Virus record (IMG/VR): IMGVR_UViG_3300011561_000001
Coordinates: 25,993 to 89,992 of that record
Length of the DNA stretch: 64,000 nt
Source: a virus
Taxonomy: Duplodnaviria > Caudoviricetes
Direction: 5' to 3' (one strand)
Below, in pieces: positions 28,331 through 38,601 of the stretch. Position numbers and translations under genes: made by a program. Position 1 is the first letter of the stretch; the number at the start of each line of letters is the position of its first letter. The notes under the pieces are model-generated. The model did no database searches. It saw only the letters and a list, made by a program, of their open reading frames with translations, and was not told where the DNA came from.

Positions 28331-28854
28331 TAAGAAGTCTTCCAGTCTTCAGCTACATCGTAGCCAACATCTTCAAGAGTGTTGACGCTAGCAGCATCCA
28401 GCAGACCACCACCACCAACGTGAGAGTCGAGGTCGATACACTGAATAACCCAATCACGGTTATCACCTTCAGTGCCAAACGAAATGTCAGGCATGTTAGC
28501 GATATATGCTTGCGGGCTGAAGAATACAGAGCGACCAGAGCCATCTTTGATGGTAAGATGGAAAAGCCAATCATTGTTCATGGCATCTTCATCGTTCTTC
28601 AGAATCTGACTGAAGACATCATTCGAGTCACTACCTTGCATCAGGGTGACAGTGACAGTAGAGGCCCGGTTCTTACGACGAACACGCATGGCGCTCATAT
28701 CGCCGCCGATCACGAGCTGAGTGGCTGGGGTTTCACGAGCAATAGTGATAAAAGTGCCTTCAGCAACACCACTTACAATATGACTGAAGCTATCATTACC
28801 AAGAACAATACTAACTGCTTCAGGGAAGTAGGTAGAAAGAATATTTGCAGACAT
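28330..28854 (-). CDS. major tail tube protein (DUF3277-like)
   Basis: STY.PE.V...GTFI.I.R...TL.Q.SDSN...IKDGSG...I...PD..FG...R.W; follows the sheath gene. Confidence 0.8.
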   Translation of the reverse strand: MSANILSTYFPEAVSIVLGNDSFSHIVSGVAEGTFITIARETPATQLVIGGDMSAMRVRRKNRASTVTVTLMQGSDSNDVFSQILKNDEDAMNNDWLFHLTIKDGSGRSVFFSPQAYIANMPDISFGTEGDNRDWVIQCIDLDSHVGGGGLLDAASVNTLEDVGYDVAEDWKTS

Positions 28855-28864
28855 TTACTTCTCC

Positions 28865-30139
28865 TTAAACAGAAACGGTTGCACGTACAGCACTAACCTT
28901 GTGTACAGCGCCTGCCAAACGAAACGTGACAATGAAATCGCCCATTACACGAGTAGCACGAATCATTTCTGGAATTGCCAGAACATTCGGGGACTGAACA
29001 GTTGGTGCAGGAGTATCAGCAATGCCGCCGTTGGCAATACCTTGGGCGTTGATGTTACGAATCTCTGCCTCGATAAGTGTTGCACCTTGTTGTGTATATG
29101 GAATTTTTCTGCTATTAATCATACGGAAGAACACGGCCTCTTGGACACGAGCTTTCCACCAATCGAGAAATACCGTCGCGTCAATGAACTCACCACCGGC
29201 CATCTGACCATTCATAATAATGGCAGCACCTTTCACGCGACGGAAGTAGTTGACATTCTTGTCACCAAGGACGTTAACTTCAGTTTCCGAGAGACGGCTA
29301 ACAGTTACACCAGAAAGACTCTTCAGTGCCCAAGTGTTGCTACCCGGAACTTCAAGGAGTTGATGCAGCCAAGCAGCTTCTGGAAACTCGGTGTCGGCAG
29401 TTGCAGACCAAATAGTAAAGGTGCGCTCAAGATTCATGTCATAAAGCCGGGAAGCAATATCAGTAGTCGAGAGAGCAGCTAGAACTTGACGGTCGCTGGT
29501 AGAAGTGCCAAAGATTTTGGTCATCGCCTCAATAGTTTGAGCAAACGCCAGCACTTCAGCAGGATCGTGACTATCAATCACTACAGCGTAGAAATCATCA
29601 TTTTCTTCTTGAACAGCAAACAGTGCATCACTGTAAGATTCGGTTGCTGTGGTAGCAACAACAGCTACATCGGCGTTACCAGTTACTACAGCTTCGGAGT
29701 AAACAGCAAGCTCATCACCGTCTGCATTCAGAACAGCAACAACACCACCTTCTGCAAGCAGATCGCGCAGTTCAGCTAGGATAGTGGCTTCATTGTCAGC
29801 AGGACCGGATGTGTAGCTGTAAGTCTCACCATCAATGGTCAGGGAGTAAACAGTTGCATCTTCTGCAATAACGGTAACAGTGTCATGGTCAACATCTTTA
29901 CGACCAATCACAATCTGAGGGAATACCAGTTCCTGACTAAACAGCTTTTGAGCCATAATATAAGTCACAGAAGTAGTGGGGAAATCTTCAGCAACACCAG
30001 TGAGGCTATTGTACACACGAGCACGTTCTGGGAACTGGCCGTGGGCAGAAAGAATCATTGGAATACTGAAAGATGTAATATCAATCTGCTGAGTGTTTTT
30101 AGTAATAAACACTTCAACAAAAGAGTCAATTGCTGCCAA
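28865..30139 (-). CDS. tail sheath protein (DUF3383-like)
   Basis: TW.LK.L.GV, G....GEFID....DW, KIPYT..G; 424 aa. Confidence 0.88.
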   Translation of the reverse strand: MAAIDSFVEVFITKNTQQIDITSFSIPMILSAHGQFPERARVYNSLTGVAEDFPTTSVTYIMAQKLFSQELVFPQIVIGRKDVDHDTVTVIAEDATVYSLTIDGETYSYTSGPADNEATILAELRDLLAEGGVVAVLNADGDELAVYSEAVVTGNADVAVVATTATESYSDALFAVQEENDDFYAVVIDSHDPAEVLAFAQTIEAMTKIFGTSTSDRQVLAALSTTDIASRLYDMNLERTFTIWSATADTEFPEAAWLHQLLEVPGSNTWALKSLSGVTVSRLSETEVNVLGDKNVNYFRRVKGAAIIMNGQMAGGEFIDATVFLDWWKARVQEAVFFRMINSRKIPYTQQGATLIEAEIRNINAQGIANGGIADTPAPTVQSPNVLAIPEMIRATRVMGDFIVTFRLAGAVHKVSAVRATVSV

Positions 30140-30173
30140 TTGCGTATCCTCTTGTGTTATTTAATAAGGCGAT

Positions 30174-30710
30174 TTAAGCCACTGGTGGGATGGTAGAAGA
30201 CCTACCGTTGGTGCTAATCGTGACATGCTCAACCCAATCAACTTCTTTAGATTCATGCACGCCATAAGCAAAGGTGACAGTGAAGTTAAAAGCATCAACC
30301 CACTGTGTGTCCCTCAACTGAGGGTTGTATACGACTTGTGTTTTTCTATTAGGAGCCAACCCAAACCTACACCAATCATCACGAGTCATTGTGTAGTTGG
30401 TGATATACCGATGGAACACATCAGCAATATCTCCAGAGTTGCTACCGTAAAAACTGAACTGAACACGAGCTTCGTGGAAGCTTTGGAAGTGTGACTTAAG
30501 ACCTGTCGGCCCCACAATCCCATCTGTCAAAGATGAGTTGTAAACTCTTCCCGTTTGTTCAAGTCCAAGAATGTTAATCACAATGTAATCATTATTTGGT
30601 TCTAAGCCATTACCGTGACTAAAGATAATCTGTGGGGTGTATTCTGTTCTTTTTATTAGAGCATCAGAGCCATCGAACAATGCGTCTCTGATTTGACTGT
30701 AGACAGACAT
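30174..30710 (-). CDS. tail terminator / neck protein
   Basis: Position before sheath; 178 aa. Confidence 0.6.
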   Translation of the reverse strand: MSVYSQIRDALFDGSDALIKRTEYTPQIIFSHGNGLEPNNDYIVINILGLEQTGRVYNSSLTDGIVGPTGLKSHFQSFHEARVQFSFYGSNSGDIADVFHRYITNYTMTRDDWCRFGLAPNRKTQVVYNPQLRDTQWVDAFNFTVTFAYGVHESKEVDWVEHVTISTNGRSSTIPPVA

Positions 30711-31222
30711 TAGACAAACTCCTTATCTCCGATACGCCATTTAACTTTGGAGATAAGTTCTCCTGTTTTGTCCAGAGGATCATCTCGACCTTTCAGTGCG
30801 ATTGTAAGAGGAGCATTAGCCGGATAAGACCAAGAGTCCATCACCATCTGAAGCAGCTCAACCATGTCATCACCAAGAGAAGCATATAGTTGTTCCCAAC
30901 TCATCCTCCCTTCAATAACCAAAGGAAGTCTTCTTTTCAAGGCGTTCTCAAAGATTGGTCTATTCTTTAAGTACACCATGAAGCCTTCGGTGATGAACAT
31001 ACGAGGTGGGATTGTCGCCCCTCTCATATTTACTGTTCCGTTGTGTAACCACAAAGCTAATTGAGCTAGTGGGATTGGTGGACCACTCTCTTCAGCCTGA
31101 GAATGCAAATCTCCATTAAACCAGCCAATCTGCAAACTCTTTTTGTTTGAAGCAAGAAGCTGCCTTTTGATTCGTTTCCACTCTTTCGTATCGGCGGTAT
31201 AACCTGTTCTAATCATACACAC
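30710..31222 (-). CDS. neck / virion morphogenesis protein
   Basis: IPPR.FI, NAPLTI..KG.DDPLD.TG.L motifs. Confidence 0.7.
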   Translation of the reverse strand: MCMIRTGYTADTKEWKRIKRQLLASNKKSLQIGWFNGDLHSQAEESGPPIPLAQLALWLHNGTVNMRGATIPPRMFITEGFMVYLKNRPIFENALKRRLPLVIEGRMSWEQLYASLGDDMVELLQMVMDSWSYPANAPLTIALKGRDDPLDKTGELISKVKWRIGDKEFV

Positions 31223-31223
31223 C

Positions 31224-31592
31224 TCAAGTTTGAGTTACAGAAATCCTAGCCGCCCACGCTTTCCAGTGGTCCAACGTACCCATCGCATAATTCTGAACTT
31301 TCATCACTTCGTAGCGATGACCTTGCCACTCGAATTGGTCAGCGTCCCATCCGTCGTCCCCTTCTTGTTTAGTGCGAAGAAGATCAGCGGAATACACTTT
31401 GTACCACTCACGAGTGCGATCAGATTCAGGCATCATTTGAACTTCAGAAGGTTTGACAGGTTGAATATTTACTTCAACAACAACTTCGACTTCAGGACCA
31501 TCGACCCAAACACCGCGAACGTAAGAACCAGCCTCTTTTCTGTAGATCGTCAAAGGAATTTTCTTTGTTAGGAGAAATTGAGGACGTAGCAT
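31224..31592 (-). CDS. head closure / head-tail adaptor
   Basis: G.YV.G.W, VNIQP, D...W.G..YEV; position. Confidence 0.7.
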   Translation of the reverse strand: MLRPQFLLTKKIPLTIYRKEAGSYVRGVWVDGPEVEVVVEVNIQPVKPSEVQMMPESDRTREWYKVYSADLLRTKQEGDDGWDADQFEWQGHRYEVMKVQNYAMGTLDHWKAWAARISVTQT

Positions 31593-31601
31593 AATCTCTC
31601 C

Positions 31602-32015
31602 TTAAAAGACCGAACCTTTTGCATTGCAACCTTGACAACCACAAGAGCCTTCATGGTCACAGACAGAAATGTTGAGGAGCTTGGAACAAGAATCTTTACT
31701 TCCAAACCAAGGGAACAAGCCACCGGGGATGGAGATGTCTGGGTTCTTAATGAAGTAATCTAGAGCTTTCAGGTAACTGGTGGAAATAGAGTTCCACACT
31801 TCAATATCGCCTGTACGTTCGCGGGTACTCCACCCAGATAGTTGCATAGAAGCAGAAATAGCAGCCATGCGGGCTGTTTTGTACAAGTCACCATTATTCA
31901 AATCAAGAAGCTTTTGTAGCTCATCATCTGCGAACAACGGGTAGAAAGGAGATGACTCTACATCCCCTATTAATATTCTGATAAGAGCTATTTTCTCTTC
32001 GTCAGTCATGGGCAA
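31602..32015 (-). CDS. head-tail connector (adaptor) protein
   Basis: IALIRILIGD...F.DDEL...L motif; position after capsid genes. Confidence 0.7.
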   Translation of the reverse strand: MPMTDEEKIALIRILIGDVESSPFYPLFADDELQKLLDLNNGDLYKTARMAAISASMQLSGWSTRERTGDIEVWNSISTSYLKALDYFIKNPDISIPGGLFPWFGSKDSCSKLLNISVCDHEGSCGCQGCNAKGSVF

Positions 32016-32037
32016 AGCCTCTCCTTTTAATTTAAGG

Positions 32038-32063
32038 AGGGCAAAACCATTTGGTTTGCCCTA
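32038..32063 (-). terminator. terminator-like hairpin
   Basis: AGGGCAAA-CCAAAUGG-UUUUGCCCU on the - strand. Confidence 0.55.
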
Positions 32064-32069
32064 TAATCT

Positions 32070-32246
32070 TTAAGCCTGTAGAGCAGCAATCACTTCATTC
32101 AACAGAGTGGCAACATCTTCAGCAGTAGCCGTAGCAGGATCAGCAATAGGCTCAAGAGCAACTACTTCTGCTTTAGTGGATACGTCCAGATCAGCAGCAA
32201 GCTGGCGAACTGTATAAATCCAACCGGCTTTAGTTTCAACATCCAT
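32070..32246 (-). CDS. small head fibre / decoration-like protein (58 aa; not in ORF track)
   Basis: AGGAG RBS; MDVETKAGW...IADPATATAEDVATLLNEVIAALQA, whose C-terminal helix resembles head-fibre motifs. Confidence 0.7.
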   Translation of the reverse strand: MDVETKAGWIYTVRQLAADLDVSTKAEVVALEPIADPATATAEDVATLLNEVIAALQA

Positions 32247-32300
32247 AGGAATCTCCTAAACATAGGAGGCTATATTTCAAGCCTCCTTATTCACTCTGTT

Positions 32301-33365
32301 TTATACGCTAAGGAACAGACGAACGATAGCACCCGGATTCAGCAGAGCGTTCAGGAAGTTTTGCTCAGTCATAATCTCGATGATGTCATCTTTCTCGTTC
32401 ATGTACTCGAACCAGTAGCTACCCTGAGCACGGCGGTTGATGGTGCCGAAACGGTTAGCAGGAGCGAAGTAGGTTTTGAACATATCACGAACACCAACCG
32501 GCATCATGTACGCATCACCTTCCGGTACGAACGGAACGAAGTCACCATCGGCATCTTCATAGCCAGCAGCGCCAGCGTTGATGAAGGTGATACCGAACAG
32601 GTCAACATACTCAAAGCGAGCATCCTGAGCCAGAGCTTGCGGGGCACCAAGCAGAACGTCCAGAGACTGAGTGCTACGCTCCGACTTCATTGCATCGGTA
32701 ACATAGGGGTTCAGCAGCAGTGCGTTAAAGAAGCTGTCCGAAGCCAGAACAACGAAGCGACGGATGGTGCCAGCTTGACCGCCAGTCAGGCCGGCACGAA
32801 CAGCTTTCTTGGCATCAGCGAAGTCGCTACGTGGGTCAACCGAAGCTGCCAGATCAACACCAATCTCTTCACGAGTAATACCAAACTCAGTGTAGTAGTT
32901 GGTCGATACAGTGCCGTTCGGAGCATAAACAGTACCGGCAGTGATGAGCTGCATACGAGCGGCTTCAAGGGTCAGACCATGAGCTTCACGCAGGTCAAAC
33001 ATCTTGTCAGCACGGACGTTAGCAACGCTTTCCAGCTCAGCGGCTTCAGCCATTGAGGCAGCAGAAACAATACCATCGATGTCGTTCGGGGTGATAGCGT
33101 CATCTGCTGGGAAGTGCGGAATCTTCAGCAGCAGCGAGTCGCGTTGACGACCAGCGATAGTTTGGTTACGCTCATCCCAGTTACGGTCTTCCAACAGAGT
33201 GGAGCCACGCTTGGTGCGGGTGATTTCAACAGTCTTCTGACTGGAGAAGGTCGGAGTGAACAGACCAAGTGCGTTGGTGATACCTACAGTGTTCGGGATT
33301 TGAATCAGGCTGTCGGTACGGTCAACTACTTTACTACGGTCATTCGGGTTAATTACGAGTGGCAT
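32301..33365 (-). CDS. major capsid protein (HK97 fold, lambda E-like family)
   Basis: 354 aa; IPHFP.DD.I, HGLT.E..R, C-terminal N.L...P.AIV; strong codon bias. Confidence 0.92.
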   Translation of the reverse strand: MPLVINPNDRSKVVDRTDSLIQIPNTVGITNALGLFTPTFSSQKTVEITRTKRGSTLLEDRNWDERNQTIAGRQRDSLLLKIPHFPADDAITPNDIDGIVSAASMAEAAELESVANVRADKMFDLREAHGLTLEAARMQLITAGTVYAPNGTVSTNYYTEFGITREEIGVDLAASVDPRSDFADAKKAVRAGLTGGQAGTIRRFVVLASDSFFNALLLNPYVTDAMKSERSTQSLDVLLGAPQALAQDARFEYVDLFGITFINAGAAGYEDADGDFVPFVPEGDAYMMPVGVRDMFKTYFAPANRFGTINRRAQGSYWFEYMNEKDDIIEIMTEQNFLNALLNPGAIVRLFLSV

Positions 33366-33412
33366 ATTTTATCTTTCCTTTACTTAATTAGAGACTTGGC
33401 AAAATATGCCGA

Positions 33413-33871
33413 TTACTTGGTTTCCAGAACCACGATACCTTGCTTTTCCAGCACTTCTTTCAGAGAAGCAAACTGAGCAGCGGTAAGCGGGGTGCCGAGG
33501 GTGTCAGCGAACTGGCGAATGAAGTATTCTTTCAGTTGCAGGCCACCAGAATGACCAACAAAGCCGACAGCGTTGAACTGACCAGCAACAATGGCACGAG
33601 GAACGAACGAAGGATTGAAGCTATACTCGTCACCGTAAACAACAGCAAACTCATTGGTTTCAGCAATCTGAGCAGCAGCGCTGAGAACAGCGTAAGCACC
33701 CTCAGGATCAGTACCCTTGGCACGGTAAACAACAGTGCCGATTTCAACAGCAGCGCCACCAGCCGGAGGAGTGACGTTTACACATTTACGGCCATAACCA
33801 ACACTCGGATCAATTTCGTGAACAACGAGGTCGGACAGGCGCTTGGAGTGAGGCATAGTTACGAAAGGCAT
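33413..33871 (-). CDS. head decoration protein
   Basis: RLSDLVVHE...G.V; between protease/scaffold and capsid genes; biased codons. Confidence 0.75.
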   Translation of the reverse strand: MPFVTMPHSKRLSDLVVHEIDPSVGYGRKCVNVTPPAGGAAVEIGTVVYRAKGTDPEGAYAVLSAAAQIAETNEFAVVYGDEYSFNPSFVPRAIVAGQFNAVGFVGHSGGLQLKEYFIRQFADTLGTPLTAAQFASLKEVLEKQGIVVLETK

Positions 33872-33890
33872 ATTAATAAGTTCCTTTGGA

Positions 33891-35267
33891 TTAACGATTT
33901 TGAAGACGGGCTTGAATCAGCGCATCGGTAGTGGAAGTTTTCGGAGCAGCGACATCTTCAACAGAAGCCTCTACGCCTTGATCACCGACCTCGGTGAACA
34001 TCTCACTGTTTTCAACAGCTTTAGCTTGAACAGCCATAGCGCCTACAACAGTGGAGAATGCAGCGTCGTCCAGAGAAGACAGGGAAGCAGCCAGAGCTTC
34101 TACTTGGTCAGCGGAAGTGACAGCAGCCAGCTTGTCTTTACGAGCTTGCAATTTCTGCTCTACTTTCTCTTCTTCCAGTTTTGCAACCAGAGCTTGAGCA
34201 TCAGCCAGAGCGGTTTCTTTTTCACCCAGAGCAGCTTCAAGGGAAGCTTTCAGTTGGGTCATATCTTCAAGGGATGCTTGAAGAGTAGTAACTTGTGCCT
34301 GATAGTCAGACAGTTGAGTTTGAAGCTCTTCGAGCTTTGGCATATCCACGGACATATTAGGAGTTACCTCATTCTTAATAAATTTAAAAATACGATTGTT
34401 CATTTCTTTCCCGGTCTTATTAGATTGGGCCTCTGACGACAAGTAAGAGTAGAAGTCTTCCAGAGTCATTATTTTATCAGCTAGACCCAAAGCAACAGCT
34501 TCTTCTGAAAGAAACGTTTTAGCTTCGGTATTCCTCACTGCTTCCACGGACATGCCACGATGTTCTGCAACATATTCAGTGAAATCTTTGTAGAGAGCAT
34601 CCACTTTGTTTTGAAGGTCTTGAATAAATTCTTTTCGGAAACTTCCGTCTTCAGCAAAAGGAATTTTTTCTGATCCTGCTGTAACAAAGGTTCGCTCATA
34701 ACCTTTCTGCTCAAGAGCCTTTGAATCATTCATCAAGCGGATAAGAACTCCGACCGATCCAATCTCAGATTGCTTGTTCGAAACAATTTCGTCGGAGATT
34801 ACGGTAAGTCCATATGCTGCCGATGCACTAAGGCCATCCACATAACTAATGATACGCACACCGTTATCATCAGCCAGTTTGCGCAGATAATTACCAGTGT
34901 CCATCATTCCGTAAGCTTCACCACCACCTGACTCCACCACAAAAGCAATGGTCTTGGCACCTTCAACAACAAGAGATTCGAAGTCTTCTTTAATACTCTC
35001 GTAAGAAGTTCCGCCGCAGAAGGCTTCCCATCCGGTAGACTTATTAGTCAGCGGACCATTGATGCTAATTACGCCTAGATTATTTTCAGCGTAATAAAGG
35101 GTGTCGTACATCGAAAACTCTAGAGAATCTTCCTTAGTCTCCAGTACAGCACCACCTTCACAACGCTTGTCCAGATAATTCATCACCGATTCGAAGGTGC
35201 GAGGGTCGATCAACAAAGGAGTGTCGAACATCTTGCTTCTTAGGCGAGTGAGTTCATGGGCCATCAT
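33891..35267 (-). CDS. S49 prohead protease fused to scaffold
   Basis: ESGGG, DG.SASAAY, IGSVGV, ALGLAD; C-terminal coiled coil; internal GKEMNNR may be a scaffold start. Confidence 0.88.
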   Translation of the reverse strand: MMAHELTRLRSKMFDTPLLIDPRTFESVMNYLDKRCEGGAVLETKEDSLEFSMYDTLYYAENNLGVISINGPLTNKSTGWEAFCGGTSYESIKEDFESLVVEGAKTIAFVVESGGGEAYGMMDTGNYLRKLADDNGVRIISYVDGLSASAAYGLTVISDEIVSNKQSEIGSVGVLIRLMNDSKALEQKGYERTFVTAGSEKIPFAEDGSFRKEFIQDLQNKVDALYKDFTEYVAEHRGMSVEAVRNTEAKTFLSEEAVALGLADKIMTLEDFYSYLSSEAQSNKTGKEMNNRIFKFIKNEVTPNMSVDMPKLEELQTQLSDYQAQVTTLQASLEDMTQLKASLEAALGEKETALADAQALVAKLEEEKVEQKLQARKDKLAAVTSADQVEALAASLSSLDDAAFSTVVGAMAVQAKAVENSEMFTEVGDQGVEASVEDVAAPKTSTTDALIQARLQNR

Positions 35268-35275
35268 TCACTCCT

Positions 35276-36805
35276 TCATACGTTTTCATTGTTGGAAATT
35301 GATCCGTCACCGGAACCACCACTAGCATCACCAGTTCCAGATGGCATACCCTCTGTCATCCCATCACCACTTCTTGAAGTCATGTTCCCAAGAGCAGCAT
35401 CAAGCTCTTCTTGGGACATAGTGTCTGGAACACGATAAGGGATGTCAGCTTGCTTCATTACCCAGTTGATTGTGTCTCGATTACGTGGGAATGTAGAAAC
35501 AGCAGCAGTACGTTGGATAAACTTACTCACTTCATCCAGAGATTCTTTACTAACATTTCCGTAAGTGAATTCTGGCATGATTGTTGTATCCCAACCATTC
35601 TGTTCAAACAAGGTTCGGACAAGCTGGTGATTAAGCTGATTCTTGATTTCGTCAAGCTTGGCTTGAATACCCATCTCGATAATGCTTACTTTTGTTTCAC
35701 CAAGAGCGAATGAGCCACCACCTTGTTGACCAAGGGCCAAGAAGTCAGCAAACAAACAAGTGAGGATTTCTCGGGTGTAGCGATTGATGATGTCATTAGT
35801 GTTGTAGGACTTCTGCCCTGTAACACTCATCACTTCAAAGTCAAACATCCGCTTACCAGTTTCATCTAGTAGCAGAGGAAGAATCAAACCAGATTGCTTA
35901 GCAACGTGCATATTAGCCATTGCTTGCTGGTAGGCTTGAAACACCGCCTTATTCTCATCAGAAGCATCAGCCGCCATGTATTGAGGTGGCAAGTACAGCA
36001 CTTTAAAGCCATTTGAGTCTTGTGCCGTCCCTATGGCCTCAGCCTCGGCGTATGCTGTCTTATACTTCCATGCTTGCCATGCCCCATTTAAACTACTCAC
36101 TCCGGTTGGTGAGTCTTTTAGTGGGTTATTACGAAACAGAAGAAACTTCTTCCTAGCCAGTCTTACGGGTTTTGTTTTAGTAGAGGCTGTTGAAGTATTT
36201 ACAAAATCCCACCCGTAGTCGGGAGTTGCGCTATCTGGAATCACGACTCGTTGAACAAGTCCAGCAAGCTCACGACCAGAGTTCTTCCAATACCACCCTT
36301 CGATTGTATCTTGAGAACGAATAGGAAGCTTCTTAACCCCTACAAGCCCATCATTGAACTTCGATCCATTTTCTTTACGGCGATAGCGAAGAACAATCTC
36401 AAGAACAGAGAAGCCATAGCGGTTGAACGTAGCAGCTTGCTTAATCATGCTCTGCCAGTCATGATCCATATCGGTCATCACTTGCTTGAGATAATTGGCT
36501 TTGTCAGCTAATTCATCCTCATATCCTTCAGGAATCTTTACATCCCAAGGCACTCGTGCAATCATGGTTTCAACAAGTTCAAGGGCTGGGCTGATAGCAG
36601 CGTCCTTAGCCATCTTCTTGTATGTCTCTATTGCTTGAGGCCAGCGCAGCTCATGTGAGCAATCCTCGAATACCTGACCACCTAAAGTGGTTAGACCGTT
36701 GAAGCCCTGTTCACGGTATGCTATCGTTGGAATCTCATTAGAGCCTTGTTCAAGCTGCACATCTTCAACACTCTCCGCAACGGAGGCATCTTGTTCGTCA
36801 GCCAT
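35276..36805 (-). CDS. portal protein
   Basis: 509 aa after terL; YGFSVLEIV, P.G.S.L..A...W..K, QGGGSFALG. Confidence 0.85.
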   Translation of the reverse strand: MADEQDASVAESVEDVQLEQGSNEIPTIAYREQGFNGLTTLGGQVFEDCSHELRWPQAIETYKKMAKDAAISPALELVETMIARVPWDVKIPEGYEDELADKANYLKQVMTDMDHDWQSMIKQAATFNRYGFSVLEIVLRYRRKENGSKFNDGLVGVKKLPIRSQDTIEGWYWKNSGRELAGLVQRVVIPDSATPDYGWDFVNTSTASTKTKPVRLARKKFLLFRNNPLKDSPTGVSSLNGAWQAWKYKTAYAEAEAIGTAQDSNGFKVLYLPPQYMAADASDENKAVFQAYQQAMANMHVAKQSGLILPLLLDETGKRMFDFEVMSVTGQKSYNTNDIINRYTREILTCLFADFLALGQQGGGSFALGETKVSIIEMGIQAKLDEIKNQLNHQLVRTLFEQNGWDTTIMPEFTYGNVSKESLDEVSKFIQRTAAVSTFPRNRDTINWVMKQADIPYRVPDTMSQEELDAALGNMTSRSGDGMTEGMPSGTGDASGGSGDGSISNNENV

Positions 36806-36817
36806 TGATTAGCCTCC

Positions 36818-37978
36818 TTATATGTTGGAAAATGGGTTGTTAGATTTGAGGTTTGTTGATAGGAGTCCTGCTGAGAAGTTTGGTATGTTCATCTTAGAGG
36901 CAAGGAACAAGTAGGATAAGCTACAGCAGTCCACGATATCGTCGTGCCCCTGAGAACCGCTCCGTCTTTTTCCATCAAACCGCTCCAACTCCTGATACAT
37001 AAAATCGTTATCATTTTGGATTTTATTCCACAGGTCATTCGCACAACCCTTAACGACTTTAACAATACCGAGTTCAGAAGATGCAGCAAATGGCCTAAAG
37101 CAATCCAACTTACCCGCTGTTGATCTATTTGTTTTAACTATGAAGCCGGACTCAATGATTGATCTAGCTAGCAACGTAGTTGAAGCCTTAGCTGCTGGGT
37201 TAGGGTCAATAGGTAGAATAATCTCTACGTGAGGTCCATCGTTTCGAGCATTTTCTAGAATGAATTCAAACCATTCACCAAATGTGAGGTAAGTTCGAAC
37301 AGCATCCAGAATTACATATTCACCGCTCTTGAGCTTACCCATCTTTACAGATGCGAAGTAGTCAGGGCTTCTGTTACCATCGTGAGGTTTTGTTCCTGCA
37401 AAGTCATAACTTCGTACAATCTTTGTAAACTCGGTGTGAGGGGGAACCTCTGTAATCTCGATGATATTTTTACGATTAAAATAAGTGGCTTGTTCTGCAC
37501 GAGCAAACCAGTTTCCGTAGAGTAGGCGCTCTCTGTCTAACTTCGGAAGGGCTTCAAGGTTGCTTTTGTACAGAGGATTGGATTTTTTGAGCGGAGGATT
37601 ATCATCAATAGTACCGAAAAGACCTTGAAAGCTAATTGGCTTAACTTGGTCTTCGTGGTCTTCTGGAAGCTCAGGTCTTCCGTACTTCTCAATCAACTCT
37701 TCCCGAGTATCTCCCCATACAAGATCACCACCAATACGAAGAAGGTAGCGAATGACACCATTCTTTTCCGGATCGGGACGACCCGCAAGCTCATGGCCCT
37801 CCGGGTAAAGCCACCACATTGCATACTTCAGAACCCAGCTATCAGCATCTGGGTTACAGCTCCACCACATTGAGTGTATATTCTTTGCATCAGAACGAAG
37901 ACGCGACCACAACCACCACAACTGTTCTTCGTTGTCGGCGTGAGTCACTTCGTCATAAAAGATGTTTGAAATCTGAAT
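36818..37978 (-). CDS. terL: terminase large subunit, exon 2
   Basis: Walker B IFYDE, coupling motif SCNPD, RERLLYGNW, nuclease YDFA...HDDIVD. Confidence 0.92.
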   Translation of the reverse strand: MQISNIFYDEVTHADNEEQLWWLWSRLRSDAKNIHSMWWSCNPDADSWVLKYAMWWLYPEGHELAGRPDPEKNGVIRYLLRIGGDLVWGDTREELIEKYGRPELPEDHEDQVKPISFQGLFGTIDDNPPLKKSNPLYKSNLEALPKLDRERLLYGNWFARAEQATYFNRKNIIEITEVPPHTEFTKIVRSYDFAGTKPHDGNRSPDYFASVKMGKLKSGEYVILDAVRTYLTFGEWFEFILENARNDGPHVEIILPIDPNPAAKASTTLLARSIIESGFIVKTNRSTAGKLDCFRPFAASSELGIVKVVKGCANDLWNKIQNDNDFMYQELERFDGKRRSGSQGHDDIVDCCSLSYLFLASKMNIPNFSAGLLSTNLKSNNPFSNI

Positions 37979-38233
37979 CAATATATTTGTTCAAGAAAGG
38001 TCGTTAATCTTTCCCCGCTCTTGCGAGCTGCTTTACATCGCTGTAAAGTTCAGACTATATCTCCATCTCTTTGAGATGCTTGGTGTTTCGAGTCACTTGA
38101 CCCTACTCCCTCTCGGGATAGTCGTTACACGTTCCTTCTATTAGAAGGCTCCGCTCGGTATTGTCTACTGGAGAGTTCCACCGAATTAACCAAGTTACGG
38201 TGTAATGTCGCCACTACACTAGGCAATCAGTTT
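37979..38233 (-). ncRNA. group I self-splicing intron (255 nt, no ORF) in terL
   Basis: UUAAUUCGGUGGAAC, AAUACCGAGC, GUGUAACGACUA, AGAUAUAGUCUG. P1 AGGU/GCCU with U.G; ends in G; splicing gives KKYQG-IQISNIFYDE. Confidence 0.92.
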
Positions 38234-38593
38234 ACCTTGATATTTCTTAGCTGCTGCATCATTTTCGTAATGCGAAAAGCTAATCTCAGCTCCTGATTTA
38301 AAAACCAGTTTCTGATCCTTCAATTTTATTTGAAGGTTTGGATCATATTGTCTATAAAGCTTTACTGCTTCCCAGAACAAACCACCTGAGGCCATAATGG
38401 CATTGGAGTTTCGACGGATACAGTAAGCTCGGTAGTTGGGGTCGTGGACAAAACGAAGATGCCTCATAAGGCCCACGTATGACTTCGATGAGCCTGCGGA
38501 TCCCCCTACCAAAAGAATCTGAGCATCTGAGGCAAGATATTTTCTTTGGAACTCTGAGGCCGGAGCAATTACCGGCCTTTCTTTTTTAGCCAC
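38234..38593 (-). CDS. terL: terminase large subunit, exon 1
   Basis: P...FQ..YL, Walker A GGSAGSSKS; 360 nt in frame with exon 2 (506 aa spliced). Confidence 0.92.
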
Positions 38594-38601
38594 TATTCCT
38601 C

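Noticed and set aside
32361-33056. 231-aa antisense ORF over the capsid gene (also 28901-29482, 33440-33931, 33900-34436, 39492-40235, 41128-41946)
   Set aside because: Shadow ORFs arising from codon bias of strongly expressed - strand genes; no RBS or recognisable motifs.
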